From contig JAJZVO010000014.1 in assembly GCA_021845665.1 (NCBI GenBank), positions 10,535 through 74,534 of the forward strand: DNA of 64,000 nucleotides, given 5' to 3'. Below, in pieces: positions 1 through 10,014 of this stretch. This stretch comes from Bacteroidota bacterium (GTDB lineage Bacteria > Bacteroidota > Ignavibacteria > Kryptoniales > JAKASW01). The notes beneath the pieces are model-generated. The model was not told where the DNA came from. It did not search any database and saw only the letters and a list, made by a program, of their open reading frames with translations. A program made the position numbers and the translations under genes. Numbering within the stretch: the first letter of the stretch is position 1; each line of letters starts with the position of its first letter.

Positions 1-26
1 CTCCACCGGCGAATAAGACTTCGGAT

Positions 27-650
27 GTGAAGGGTGAATTGGCGTTTGAGGCGTTGAGGTCCGGCAAGCTTGAAGACGCACGTAATTACCTTAAAGGAGC
101 AAACCCGGAGAGTCCTTACGCGATGTTCGTTCGGGCCGCTTTCACACAGGATGGAGTAGCCGCGGCGAACATGTACAAGATGGTTGTTGCGGAAAATGAA
201 GGGACACCCATTGCGCGTGAAGCCCTTATTCAACTTTACAGGTATCACTATGCGACGGGCCAGTATGCGGCAGCTCACCGCGATTACGTGGAACTCAAGA
301 AGTTCGCGCTTCCTCCCCCCGTCAGCGATCCGCTTGGTCTTGTCGACTCGCTCGATATCATCCCGCATTATCAGATAAATGAACCGGCCCAGGCCGTGGC
401 GGCGGCCACTCAAGCCACGCCGAGCATCTATCTGGTTCAGGTTGGAGTTTTCACCACCCGCGACAATGCGCGCAGGTACGTCCAGGATTTGAAAGCCTAC
501 GGTGTGAACGGAAGAGTTTTTCCGAAGGATATCGGGGGAAGAACGTTATATGGTGTTAGCGCGGGGAGTTTCTCTGACCAGGATGCCGCGCAGGCAATGG
601 TCAACAACCTGAAGAGCCGGTCTATTAATGCCATCGTGGTGGAAAAGTGA
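27..650 (+). CDS. SPOR-domain protein with TPR-like N-terminal region (possibly 5'-truncated by window edge)
   Basis: The C-terminal ~75 aa (YLVQVGVFTTRDNARRYVQDLKAYG...GVSAGSFSDQDAAQAMVNNLK) looks like a SPOR peptidoglycan-binding repeat. The frame stays open upstream to the window edge, so the GTG at 27 is provisional. Confidence 0.6.
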   Translation: MKGELAFEALRSGKLEDARNYLKGANPESPYAMFVRAAFTQDGVAAANMYKMVVAENEGTPIAREALIQLYRYHYATGQYAAAHRDYVELKKFALPPPVSDPLGLVDSLDIIPHYQINEPAQAVAAATQATPSIYLVQVGVFTTRDNARRYVQDLKAYGVNGRVFPKDIGGRTLYGVSAGSFSDQDAAQAMVNNLKSRSINAIVVEK

Positions 651-1402
651 AGATAGTCGTACTCGGTTCGGGGTCGGCCTTCTCAAGCCGGAGCCGGCAC
701 AATAGCTGCTATTTCGTGGAGGCCGGAGGGGAGAAGTTCCTTCTCGACTGCGGCTCCGATGCCATGCGTGCGATGCAGGATGCGAAGGTCGACTTCTTCG
801 CTGTCGATCGGATATTCATTACACACATGCACGCCGATCATTCCGCCGGACTGCCTGCCGTACTCACCGCGATGCACGTGCTGGAGAGAAAGAAGTCTCT
901 CACGGTCTATATCCCGTTCTCTCAAATTGAGTTTGCCAGATGGTGGCTGGCGAATATGTTCATATATAATGGGAGAATGTCTTTCGATGTTGCACTGGTT
1001 TCTCTTCGCCCGGGAGTCCTTAAATACGGAGGTGTCGAGCTGGAGTTCATCAAGACCCGGCATCTCGAGAAATACGCGGAGTATGCCGAAGGCTTTGGAA
1101 TAGTCCCTCTGAGTTTTTCGGTTATAGTCAGGGAAGGTGCGAAGAAGTTTTTCTTCAGCAGCGATCTCGCATCGCTTGATGAAGTGAAGAGTCTGTTGGA
1201 TGGTGGCGTATCCCTTGTCGAAGCAACCCATCCGACGCTCGAAGAAGTTGCCGCGCTTTCAAGAGGCAGGGACATAGACATTTACCTCACACACATTCCG
1301 ATGGAACTTGAGGACGGAGGAGAATGGAGAGCTGAGTTGAAGGCGAGATTCGGCATCGCAAAAATGAATTCCGTCAGCGACGGGCAAGTGATAGTCTTAT
1401 AA
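647..1402 (+). CDS. MBL-fold metallo-hydrolase (RNase Z / beta-lactamase superfamily)
   Basis: HxHxDH motif (ITHMHADHSAG) after an N-terminal beta-strand/Gly-rich start (KIVVLGSGSAF). The start overlaps the upstream stop (GTGA). Confidence 0.75.
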   Translation: MKIVVLGSGSAFSSRSRHNSCYFVEAGGEKFLLDCGSDAMRAMQDAKVDFFAVDRIFITHMHADHSAGLPAVLTAMHVLERKKSLTVYIPFSQIEFARWWLANMFIYNGRMSFDVALVSLRPGVLKYGGVELEFIKTRHLEKYAEYAEGFGIVPLSFSVIVREGAKKFFFSSDLASLDEVKSLLDGGVSLVEATHPTLEEVAALSRGRDIDIYLTHIPMELEDGGEWRAELKARFGIAKMNSVSDGQVIVL

Positions 1403-1410
1403 GAAGAAAA

Positions 1411-2574
1411 ATGACTCCGGAAGAATTTCAGGAAAAGTTCGGGATAATTGGCGAATCATCCGCGATGAAGGATGTCGTCACAAAGGTGATGCAGGTCGCT
1501 CCCACCGACGTTACGGTTCTGATAAGCGGAGAGAGCGGATCCGGGAAGGAAGTGATAGCGCGCGCGATACACGGTGCGAGCAACCACTCCGATAGGCCTA
1601 TCGTTGCGGTCAACTGTGGAGCGATACCGGAAGGGATACTCGAGTCGGAACTTTTCGGCCACCAGCGTGGCGCATTCACCGGAGCGATTGAGTCGAGAAA
1701 GGGCTATTTCGAAATAGCGGATGGCGGAACGCTTTTCCTCGATGAGATCGGCGACATGCCTTTGCCGACTCAGGTGAAACTTCTCCGCGTGATCGAGACG
1801 GGCGAGTTCATGCGGGTCGGTTCTTCAAGTACGCAGACTTCGGATGTGAGAGTTATTGCCGCTTCGAACAAGCTGCTCGAAGAAGAGGTAGCAAAGGGAT
1901 ACTTCAGGCAGGATTTGTATTTCCGGCTCCGCTCGGTTAGCGTTTACATACCGCCGCTCAGGGAAAGGCGGGAAGATATCCCGATCTTTGTCGAGAAGTT
2001 TGCCAGGGAAATTTCCGATCGCAACAAGATTCAGTTTGGCGGTTTCACAAGGGATGCCGTTGAAACGTTGTCAGGTCTCGAATGGCCCGGCAACGTCCGT
2101 GAACTCAAGAATCTGGTTGAAAGCATAATCATATTGGAGCGCGGGAAGAAGGTGGACTCGGATTCAATTGTGAAATATCTTCCGAAAAACGAGATGCTGT
2201 ATGTCGGGGAATCGACAAACAGACTTTTGCCTGTGCATGTGGACAAGACGCCGGAAGAATCGGAACGAGAATTAATTCTTCGTGCGCTGTGGGAGATCAA
2301 GAACGATCTTGTCGACATCAAGAGCGTCATAGGTCCCAGGGTGGTTGGAGGGAAGCTTTCCTTGCCAATTCCACAACCCTATCAATCGGCTGAACCGGAT
2401 GCCGGAAGAATTCGCGACGGTGCCGAGTTGAATCTCAAAGAAGTGGAAAAGGACCTTATCAAAACAGCCATAGAAAAGTTCCACGGGAATAAGAGGATGG
2501 CTGCCGACGCCCTGGGGATAAGTATGCGGTCTTTGTATCGCAAACTCCAGGAGTATAAATTGAAGGACGTTTGA
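1411..2574 (+). CDS. Sigma-54-dependent transcriptional activator (bEBP) lacking an N-terminal sensor/receiver domain
   Basis: Walker A GESGSGKE, ESELFGH, intact GAFTGA loop (GHQRGAFTGA), Walker B LFLDEIGDM, and a C-terminal Fis-type HTH (AADALGISMRSLYRKLQEY). The AAA+ core starts about 10 aa from the N-terminus. Confidence 0.9.
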   Translation: MTPEEFQEKFGIIGESSAMKDVVTKVMQVAPTDVTVLISGESGSGKEVIARAIHGASNHSDRPIVAVNCGAIPEGILESELFGHQRGAFTGAIESRKGYFEIADGGTLFLDEIGDMPLPTQVKLLRVIETGEFMRVGSSSTQTSDVRVIAASNKLLEEEVAKGYFRQDLYFRLRSVSVYIPPLRERREDIPIFVEKFAREISDRNKIQFGGFTRDAVETLSGLEWPGNVRELKNLVESIIILERGKKVDSDSIVKYLPKNEMLYVGESTNRLLPVHVDKTPEESERELILRALWEIKNDLVDIKSVIGPRVVGGKLSLPIPQPYQSAEPDAGRIRDGAELNLKEVEKDLIKTAIEKFHGNKRMAADALGISMRSLYRKLQEYKLKDV

Positions 2575-3065
2575 TGAAATACTGCGCATTTTTGGCGCTT
2601 TTGCTGGCTATTAGCGGCTGTACTTATTCTTTTCGTGGAGCCTCTCTTCCACCCGGAGTGCATTCGGTTGCGGTTGAAGTGTTCGACGACAAGAGTGGTT
2701 ACGGTGACCCAAGCTTAAGGACCAATCTGACGAACTTGCTCACGCAACAGCTTATATCGGACAACACTTACCAGGTGACGAGCATGTCAACGGCAGATGC
2801 GGCTATCATTGGGACGATCAACAGCGTGACCACTCAACCGGTTTCAATCAACGGGAGCGAGCAGGTCGGAAAGTGGCAGATTACCGTAAACGTGACGGTC
2901 AGGTTCGAGAACCTGAAGACTCAGAAGGACATTTGGACGAAGCAGTTCTCGGACTGGGGTGAATACAATCCCAGTGCGGGTCCTTCCAACAGAAATCAGG
3001 GACTGAGCTCGGCAGAAGATAAATTGAGCCAGGATATTTTATTGGCTTTGGTTACAAATTGGTAA
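2574..3065 (+). CDS. Outer-membrane lipoprotein, LptE-like
   Basis: Signal peptide with lipobox (LLLAISGC). The mature start CTYSFRGASLPP and alternating beta pattern resemble LptE-family lipoproteins. The ATG at 2574 overlaps the activator stop (TGATG); the ORF track starts at a TTG at 2571. Confidence 0.55.
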   Translation: MKYCAFLALLLAISGCTYSFRGASLPPGVHSVAVEVFDDKSGYGDPSLRTNLTNLLTQQLISDNTYQVTSMSTADAAIIGTINSVTTQPVSINGSEQVGKWQITVNVTVRFENLKTQKDIWTKQFSDWGEYNPSAGPSNRNQGLSSAEDKLSQDILLALVTNW

Positions 3066-3104
3066 ACATCATCCGGGCAGAAATCCGGGAAGGAGCAATT
3101 GGAA

Positions 3105-4625
3105 ATGTCACCGCGCCTTGAAGACGCAATATTAATCTCTTACATAATCGCTTTGAGCTTTCCTTTCGTATTCGGCTCAAACGGTTTCCTGATGATCTAC
3201 TATTACTTCCGGTACAGGAATAGGCAGGTCGCCCAGAAGGGGGAATTGAAAGAGCTTCCTTCTGTTACGGTCCAGCTTCCCGTCTACAACGAGCTTTATG
3301 TCGTCAATAGGGCGATAGATTCGATCTGCGCCCTGGATTATCCGAAAGATAAGCTGGAGATACAGATACTGGACGACTCGACGGACGAGACAACTTCCAT
3401 AATCGGCCAGAAAGTCATCGAGAAATCGGGACAGGGATTCGACATCAAACATATCCGCAGGGGAAACAGGCAGGGATTCAAGGCGGGCGCATTGAAGATT
3501 GGACTGGCACAGGCCCGTGGTGAGTATGTCGCAATATTCGATGCCGACTTCATCCCCCGTCACGATTTTCTGAAGAGGACGCTTCCGTATTTCGCAGACT
3601 CGAAAGTGGGACTTGTGCAGACGCGGTGGGAGCATATCAACAGCGACTATTCTCTCCTGACGCGTGCGCAGGCAATAGCGCTCGACGGCCACTTCGTAAT
3701 CGAGCAGCAGGTTCGCAATAAGGCTGGCTTCTTCATGAACTTCAACGGCACCGCAGGAATCTGGCGCCGGAGCTGCATAGAGGAGTCGGGGAACTGGGAA
3801 GCCGACACGCTCGCGGAAGATCTCGACTTGAGTTACCGCGCACAGCTTAAAGGTTGGCAGTTCGTTTTCATGAAAGAATACACCTCGCCTGCCGAGCTCC
3901 CGGCCGATGTGAACGGACTCAGGTCGCAGCAATTCCGCTGGACAAAGGGAGCGATAGAAGCATCGAAGAAGTTGCTTCCGAAGGTTTGGAAATCGAAGCT
4001 GCCACTCCGGGTTAAGATACACTCAACCATACATCTTACCGCTAGCCTCGTATATCCATTCGTCCTTCTCATAGCTATACTGCAGCTTCCGGCCGTTTTG
4101 ATTAAGCATACCGGCCAGTATGATGTTACATTCATGCTGATGGGAGGATTTATCTTCGCGTTCTTCGGAACATTCGTGTTCTATCTTTACAGCCAGAAGG
4201 ACATATATGCCGACTGGAGGCGGCGAATTTACCTCTTCCCGGTCTTCATGGCCGGAAGCATGGGACTTTCGGTAAACAATACTAAGGCTGTGCTCGAGGG
4301 CTTGTTCAACAAGAAGTCGGAGTTCGTCAGGACGCCGAAGTACGGCATGACGGCCAAAGGCGGCTCTTGGGCCGACAAGAAGTACACGCAGAGGAAGATC
4401 AACTGGGTGTCCATTGCGGAGTTTGTCCTAGCACTTTACTGCCTGGCGGGAATAGCACTGTCAGTTGCGGACCTTGAGTTTGCCGCAGTACCGTTCGAAC
4501 TGTTGTTCTTCGCAGGCTTCGGCTCGATTTCATACCTGTCAATCAAGCAGGCTTTCCTTGCAAAGAAGTCGGCAATCCGAACTGTGCCGAAAGCGCAGCC
4601 GGTTGCGGAACAAATCATAAAGTGA
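3105..4625 (+). CDS. Processive family-2 glycosyltransferase (cellulose-synthase-like membrane polysaccharide synthase)
   Basis: GT2 D,D,D,QxxRW motifs: ILDDSTDET, AIFDADF, TLAEDLDLS, RSQQFRWTKG. One N-terminal and several C-terminal hydrophobic helices. GGAG lies 9 nt before the ATG at 3105; the ORF track uses a TTG at 3099. Confidence 0.85.
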   Translation: MSPRLEDAILISYIIALSFPFVFGSNGFLMIYYYFRYRNRQVAQKGELKELPSVTVQLPVYNELYVVNRAIDSICALDYPKDKLEIQILDDSTDETTSIIGQKVIEKSGQGFDIKHIRRGNRQGFKAGALKIGLAQARGEYVAIFDADFIPRHDFLKRTLPYFADSKVGLVQTRWEHINSDYSLLTRAQAIALDGHFVIEQQVRNKAGFFMNFNGTAGIWRRSCIEESGNWEADTLAEDLDLSYRAQLKGWQFVFMKEYTSPAELPADVNGLRSQQFRWTKGAIEASKKLLPKVWKSKLPLRVKIHSTIHLTASLVYPFVLLIAILQLPAVLIKHTGQYDVTFMLMGGFIFAFFGTFVFYLYSQKDIYADWRRRIYLFPVFMAGSMGLSVNNTKAVLEGLFNKKSEFVRTPKYGMTAKGGSWADKKYTQRKINWVSIAEFVLALYCLAGIALSVADLEFAAVPFELLFFAGFGSISYLSIKQAFLAKKSAIRTVPKAQPVAEQIIK

Positions 4626-4699
4626 GATCAGAGGCTTCGGTTTCGACTTTTTATGTGTAAGTTCTCGAAGACCATCATCATCATTCTACTCGTCCGGTA

Positions 4700-5695
4700 G
4701 TGGAAATGAATTACCAATATGGCGGGAAAGACCTCGTCCTTCTTCAATACCTGGAGGACAAGGTGAAGAAGGATCCGGGCTCGACTTTTTTTGCCATGCT
4801 ATCATATTTCTATCTGCAAATCGACAGAGTTGCGGAAGCGCTTTCAGTCGCCCAGCGCGGAGTCATCGCACATCCGAATTATTCGACGGGCCATGCCGTT
4901 CTCGCGATGGCGATGATCAAAGCGAGATTCTATCGGGAAGCGAGGAAGGAGATCCTGAAGGCAGCAGATCTCCATCCAGGCTCACAGATGGTCGAGTCAC
5001 TGAAGGAAGATGTCGACAAACAGGAACAAGCGGATTCCATAGGAAGAAAGATCGCCGAGCAGTATCGCAATGGAGCGGGAAGCGACATAATGAAAACGGT
5101 GGAGCAGACGCTCAAGGCGAATCCGATAACCACTTCCGACGAAGACCTCCTGATACCGGGTCTTGAATCGATTATTGGCGAAGACTTGTCCGGTTTGCCG
5201 TCGAAGCTGTCCAAGCGGCCTGAACCTGTCCGGCCACAACCAAGTAAAGGCGATGTGGCAGAAGAAGATGCGCAGGATTCCGAATCCGGGACGGAATCCG
5301 TAAACGCGAGGGATATCATCGACAGGGTTACGCGTGAATTTGGGGACAAGATAATCACGGATTTGCCTGATCCGGGAACTCGTTCCGAGGGGCTCGAAAA
5401 AGAACCTACTGAAGAATCGGATGATTTTGATCTCGAAGCGCTCGCCCGCGAACTGGATGCTGCGGGTCCCATTCAACCTCAGGAGAGGGCCGGCCAAGAC
5501 CGTGACGAAGACGCCGGGATTGAACTTACGCCGGAGATAGTCACCGACACGCTCGCCGCGATACTTGAACAGCAGGGCCAGCTGAAGGCTGCTATTGAGG
5601 CATATAACATACTTTTGAAGAAGAAACCGGAACAGGCGGGTTATTATCGCAGGAAGATCGCGGAGCTGGAAGCCAGGGCAAATGATCAGCGCTGA
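4700..5695 (+). CDS. TPR-like repeat protein with acidic low-complexity centre
   Basis: TPR-like helical pairs at both ends (AEALSVAQRGVIAHPNYSTGHAVLAMAMI; QLKAAIEAYNILLKKKPEQAGYYRRKIAELE). The middle is D/E/P-rich. No specific family recognised. Confidence 0.5.
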   Translation: MEMNYQYGGKDLVLLQYLEDKVKKDPGSTFFAMLSYFYLQIDRVAEALSVAQRGVIAHPNYSTGHAVLAMAMIKARFYREARKEILKAADLHPGSQMVESLKEDVDKQEQADSIGRKIAEQYRNGAGSDIMKTVEQTLKANPITTSDEDLLIPGLESIIGEDLSGLPSKLSKRPEPVRPQPSKGDVAEEDAQDSESGTESVNARDIIDRVTREFGDKIITDLPDPGTRSEGLEKEPTEESDDFDLEALARELDAAGPIQPQERAGQDRDEDAGIELTPEIVTDTLAAILEQQGQLKAAIEAYNILLKKKPEQAGYYRRKIAELEARANDQR

Positions 5696-6422
5696 CAACT
5701 TCGATCCTGTGGAGGATAGACGGGATGCTGCGTCGAAGAACCAGTATGTCAGGCGAATGTTTAACGACATCTCTCGCCACTACGATTTTCTAAACCATTT
5801 TCTGAGCGCCGGTGTTGACCGCCTCTGGCGCAGGAAGGCTGTGAAACTTTCCGGGCTCGCCGAGGGAGACATGTTCCTGGATGTTGCTTGCGGGACAGGC
5901 GATTTATCCATCGAAGCGGCGAAATCGAACCCGAGAAAGATCGTGGGAGTCGACTTCGCTGAAAACATGCTCAGCGGTTTTCGCATTAAGAAAATGAGCT
6001 TCGGTCTCGACGGGAAGATTGAGATGTTGCAGGCGAGCGCGGAGGAGTTGCCGTTTCCGGGGGGAGCGTTCGACGTAGCCGCAGTCGCCTTCGGTGCGAG
6101 GAATTTTGGTGACCTTAGAAAAGGTCTGGCTGAGATGCACCGCGTACTGAAGAGCGGCGGTAGAATAGTGGTCCTCGAATTTTCAAAGCCGAGAGTGTTC
6201 CCCGTTAAGCAAATCTACTTTCTGTATTTCAGGCATATCCTCCCGGCCGTAGGAAAGATAGTTTCAGGAGACGGGAGTGCGTATACGTACCTGCCGGAAT
6301 CGGTCTCGGCTTTCCCGGATGGTGACGATTTCGCGGAGCTTATGAGAAGCGTGAACTTCAGAGAGATCCGCTCGGTGCCGATGACATTCGGCATAGCAAC
6401 GGCATATTGTGGAATTAAATGA
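5682..6422 (+). CDS. ubiE: Demethylmenaquinone/ubiquinone C-methyltransferase UbiE/MenG
   Basis: N-terminal UbiE signature (VRRMFNDISRHYDFLNHFLSAGVDRLWRRKAV), SAM motif I (LDVACGTGD), and a post-I/II pattern (GGRIVVLEFSKP). Confidence 0.85.
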   Translation: MISADNFDPVEDRRDAASKNQYVRRMFNDISRHYDFLNHFLSAGVDRLWRRKAVKLSGLAEGDMFLDVACGTGDLSIEAAKSNPRKIVGVDFAENMLSGFRIKKMSFGLDGKIEMLQASAEELPFPGGAFDVAAVAFGARNFGDLRKGLAEMHRVLKSGGRIVVLEFSKPRVFPVKQIYFLYFRHILPAVGKIVSGDGSAYTYLPESVSAFPDGDDFAELMRSVNFREIRSVPMTFGIATAYCGIK

Positions 6423-8438
6423 TTGTTTATGGATGAGATAGTAGAAATAGTAACCGGCAATTTTGAAGAGATCACGAATCGATGGGCGGGAACGATCGGG
6501 TCATTCCCGAAATACTTCGGGAGTTCGCAAATTCCTTTTTTCAAGAGCCAGATTACCGAGCTGCTTCAGTGTATACTCGATCTATTGGAAGACCACGGCC
6601 CCTCGCGACTCGTGAAATTCACCGACCGAATCGTCAAACCGCCGTACAACGGATTGCTTACCCTGACGACGGTCCACGAGACATTTTTACTGGGAGAGGA
6701 TGCGATCCTCTCCGTCGTTCGTGAGAAGATGGTCGACAAGAACAAGCTTTTCGAGTATTCCCGAAGGATCGACGGCTGTTTCCACGAGATAATATACCAA
6801 TACGCCGCCGCTTACCAGACCTACCAGAGCGAAGTAGGCGCGACGCGGCGAAAAGTTATCGAGCGCCAGCGCGAGACGCTGCTGCGGTTCACCAGGGCGA
6901 TGGGTTCGGCAAATGCATACGATGATGCGCTAGGCGCGGCGGCTTTAATCATAAAGGAAGAGTCGAAAGCGAATGCCGTCGAGTTCTTCGCCTTCGATCA
7001 GAGTTCTCAGCAGCTTACATTCAGGTTCTCAATGCCCGAGAAAGGGCCAACAGCAAGCGGTGGATTCCTGAACGCACTCGCTGCGCAGTTTGCGGGCGAG
7101 GCCAGTGCGCGCCGGAGCTATGCCGTCATGCAGGAAATATTCGGCAACAGGCGATTGGTTGTCATGCTTCCCGTATCGGCCGGTGATTTTCTTCTCGGGC
7201 TCTTGCTTCTCGCTTATCCTTCCGTACCCCTCCGGGAGAGCAGCGTCGTTGATCTCCAGGAGGAGAGCATGAGCATCCTCCTCGCCATGGTGGACCAGCT
7301 CGGATATGGGCTGATGAAATTCCTTCTCGAAGGGGAAGTCACCTCCAGAGAGCACCACATTTCCATGTTGACGGATAATTCTGCAGATGCAATAATCGGC
7401 CTCGACGTAAGCGGAAAGATCGTCTCCTGGAATAAGGGAGCCGCTCTCCTTTTCGGCATCGAGCCCGACCAGGCTACGGGCCGACCGTTTTCAATTCTCC
7501 TTCCGCAGGAAAAGAGGCTGATCGGCGACGATGAAGTGATACTCAGACGGATTCACGATGAAGGCTCCGTAAAGAACTTCGAGCTCGACTGCGAGACGAT
7601 CTCCGGCCAGAGGATTATCGTCAGTCTCACCGGGACAGTTCTCAAAGACGAACACGGGACATTCATTGGAACTGCGCTCATCATGCGAGACGTGACGCAG
7701 CTGAAGCAGTACGAGATGGAATTGCGCCAGACCGAGAAACTTTCATTCATCGGCCAGATCTCGACCGGCATCGCACACGAGATAGGAACTCCGTTAAACA
7801 TAATACTGGGGAATGCCGAATACCTGATGATGGATGTGAAGGCCGGCGACAGGGACTACGATGAACTCAAGATGATCATCGGAGAAACAAACAGGATTGC
7901 GAAACTTATCCAGCAGCTTCTCGATTTCGCGCGGCCGAAGCGAATGAGATCGAAACCGGTTCTGTTGAACATTGAGATCGAGGGTGTCCTTCAGCTTCTG
8001 AAGAACCAACTTGATAAATCATCCATCAAACTCATGCTGAAACTTTCCGATGGGCTCCCTTATGTGTTCGGAGATGCGGCGCAACTCCAGGAAGTGTTCG
8101 TGAATTTGATAGTAAATGCCATCCATTCGATGGAAAAAGGTGGGGAACTCACCATCACGACCTCCGTGAACGGTGCCGCCGATAGTGGCACACTGGAGGT
8201 GGCGATAGCAGATACCGGCTGCGGTATACCCGAAGAAAATCTCCAGAAGATTTTTAACCCGTTTTTCACGACTAAGGAAGTGGGGAAAGGAACAGGTCTC
8301 GGTCTGGCGATTACTCAGAGGATCGTACAGGACCACAAAGGTACGATTGCAGTCGATAGCGCAGTCGGCACCGGAACGGTTTTCAGGCTGTCGTTCCCGA
8401 TATATACCGCCGAAACTCCACCAACAGGAAAGACTTAG
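6423..8438 (+). CDS. Cytoplasmic PAS sensor histidine kinase (NtrB/FlgS-like)
   Basis: PAS segment ([25 protein letters not shown]), H-box ([11 protein letters not shown]), N box (LIVNAIHSM), G boxes (DTGCGIP; [10 protein letters not shown]). No obvious transmembrane helix. An ATG at 6429 is an alternative start. Confidence 0.85.
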   Translation: MFMDEIVEIVTGNFEEITNRWAGTIGSFPKYFGSSQIPFFKSQITELLQCILDLLEDHGPSRLVKFTDRIVKPPYNGLLTLTTVHETFLLGEDAILSVVREKMVDKNKLFEYSRRIDGCFHEIIYQYAAAYQTYQSEVGATRRKVIERQRETLLRFTRAMGSANAYDDALGAAALIIKEESKANAVEFFAFDQSSQQLTFRFSMPEKGPTASGGFLNALAAQFAGEASARRSYAVMQEIFGNRRLVVMLPVSAGDFLLGLLLLAYPSVPLRESSVVDLQEESMSILLAMVDQLGYGLMKFLLEGEVTSREHHISMLTDNSADAIIGLDVSGKIVSWNKGAALLFGIEPDQATGRPFSILLPQEKRLIGDDEVILRRIHDEGSVKNFELDCETISGQRIIVSLTGTVLKDEHGTFIGTALIMRDVTQLKQYEMELRQTEKLSFIGQISTGIAHEIGTPLNIILGNAEYLMMDVKAGDRDYDELKMIIGETNRIAKLIQQLLDFARPKRMRSKPVLLNIEIEGVLQLLKNQLDKSSIKLMLKLSDGLPYVFGDAAQLQEVFVNLIVNAIHSMEKGGELTITTSVNGAADSGTLEVAIADTGCGIPEENLQKIFNPFFTTKEVGKGTGLGLAITQRIVQDHKGTIAVDSAVGTGTVFRLSFPIYTAETPPTGKT

Positions 8439-8501
8439 GTTTCAATAAATTAGACTCGACCGGACGCACCATTTACGGTAGAGATAAAACCGGAAATATA
8501 T

Positions 8502-9866
8502 ATGAGAGCAGACATTTCAATACTTGCAGTTGACGATGATGTAAACATGCTCGCGATGCTCGAGAAGTTTCTGAAGCGCGCGGGCTACACCGTGGAGACC
8601 GTCTCCGACAGCATGAAGGCCATGACACTGGTTGATGATAAGAACTACGATATCGTGATTACAGATATCCAGATGCCGCGGGCATCGGGCATGGATCTTC
8701 TGAAAAGGGTAAAGGATCTTGAAAAAGATTCGATGGTCATCATGATAACCGCTTTCGGGTCGGTGGATTCCGCAGTCAATGCGATGAAAGCCGGCGCGTA
8801 TGACTATGTGAGCAAGCCATTCAATATCGACGAGATACTCGCCCTCCTCGAGCGCGCCACGCAGCAGCGCAGGCTCCAAAGGGAAGTCGAATTACTCCGC
8901 CAGGAAGTCGAACACAAGTACTCCTTCTCCAATATCATCGGGAAAAGCAAGCCGATGCAGGATATCTTCTCGCTTATACAGCGGATCTCTCACGCGAGGA
9001 GCAACATTCTCATAACCGGGCGGAGCGGGACGGGAAAAGAGCTTATCGCGAAGGCCATTCATTATAACAGCGACCGTAAGACAATGCCCCTCGTCACCGT
9101 GAACTGCAGCGCGATCCCCGAGTCGCTGCTGGAGAGCGAGCTGTTCGGACACGAGAAGGGTGCCTACACGGGAGCGATCACATCCAGACGCGGCCTCTTT
9201 GAGACGGCGAACGGCGGTACGCTTTTCCTCGATGAGATCGGAGACATGCCGCTCGGTTCCCAGGCCAAACTCCTGAGGGTCGTTGAGACGGGTGAAGTCA
9301 GGCCGGTCGGCAGCGACGACATCAAGAAGATCGATGTGCGCGTGATTGCCGCGACGCACCGAGATTTGAAGGAGATGGTAAAACACGATCAGTTCAGGGA
9401 AGACCTGTTTTACAGGCTCAACGTGATTTCGATACACGTGCCGGATCTCAAAGACAGAACTGAAGACATCCAAATTGTTACCGACCATTTCCTGAAGAAA
9501 TACGGGGAGCAATTCGGGAAACAAAATGTCCAGGTGACACACGAAGCGATGGCATGCCTGATGAGATATTCGTGGCCCGGAAACGTGCGCGAGCTTGAGA
9601 ACGTAATCGAGCGAAGCATAGCTTTGGCGGGGGGCGACGTAATTGACTGCAAGGACCTCCCCGAGCATCTTTTCCAGATGAAGTCGACGGACCTCATAGA
9701 CGATCTTGCCTCGGACAATATGCCGCTGTCGGAGGTCGAGAAGCGATACATCGTGAAGGTGCTTCAGCGGACCAACTGGCACCAGTCGAAGGCCGCACAG
9801 ATCCTCGGCATAGACAGGAAGACTCTTTACAGGAAGATCAAAGAGTATAACCTCATGCAAGGGTAG
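8502..9866 (+). CDS. NtrC-family sigma-54-dependent response regulator (REC-AAA+-Fis HTH)
   Basis: REC domain (VDDD..., ITDIQMP, SKPF). AAA+ domain with GRSGTGKE, ESELFGH, a GAYTGA loop and LFLDEIGDM. C-terminal HTH (AAQILGIDRKTLYRKIKEY). Confidence 0.9.
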   Translation: MRADISILAVDDDVNMLAMLEKFLKRAGYTVETVSDSMKAMTLVDDKNYDIVITDIQMPRASGMDLLKRVKDLEKDSMVIMITAFGSVDSAVNAMKAGAYDYVSKPFNIDEILALLERATQQRRLQREVELLRQEVEHKYSFSNIIGKSKPMQDIFSLIQRISHARSNILITGRSGTGKELIAKAIHYNSDRKTMPLVTVNCSAIPESLLESELFGHEKGAYTGAITSRRGLFETANGGTLFLDEIGDMPLGSQAKLLRVVETGEVRPVGSDDIKKIDVRVIAATHRDLKEMVKHDQFREDLFYRLNVISIHVPDLKDRTEDIQIVTDHFLKKYGEQFGKQNVQVTHEAMACLMRYSWPGNVRELENVIERSIALAGGDVIDCKDLPEHLFQMKSTDLIDDLASDNMPLSEVEKRYIVKVLQRTNWHQSKAAQILGIDRKTLYRKIKEYNLMQG

Positions 9867-10014
9867 GATGAGTCGCCATCCGGCGGTCAAGTTGCGGCCG
9901 GTTGTTGGAATCCAATAATGCGAGGGCTCACGCGGGGGTCTCCGGGGGATCCATCCGGACATTCAATCGAGAATTTGAATCAAGTTGACAACCGATCCGG
10001 GAAATTGAGAGAAA

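Noticed and set aside
4631-4652. Hairpin GAGGC-TTCG-GTTTC followed by TTTTT after the GT2 gene as an intrinsic terminator
   Set aside because: The stem is only 5 bp with two G-U pairs, and there is a 3-nt gap before the T-run. This is too weak to call.
8892-9962. 356-aa ORF antisense to the NtrC-type response regulator gene
   Set aside because: The plus-strand frame carries unmistakable REC/AAA+/HTH motifs. The antisense product is R/L/P-rich with no motifs. It is a typical shadow ORF in stop-poor sequence.
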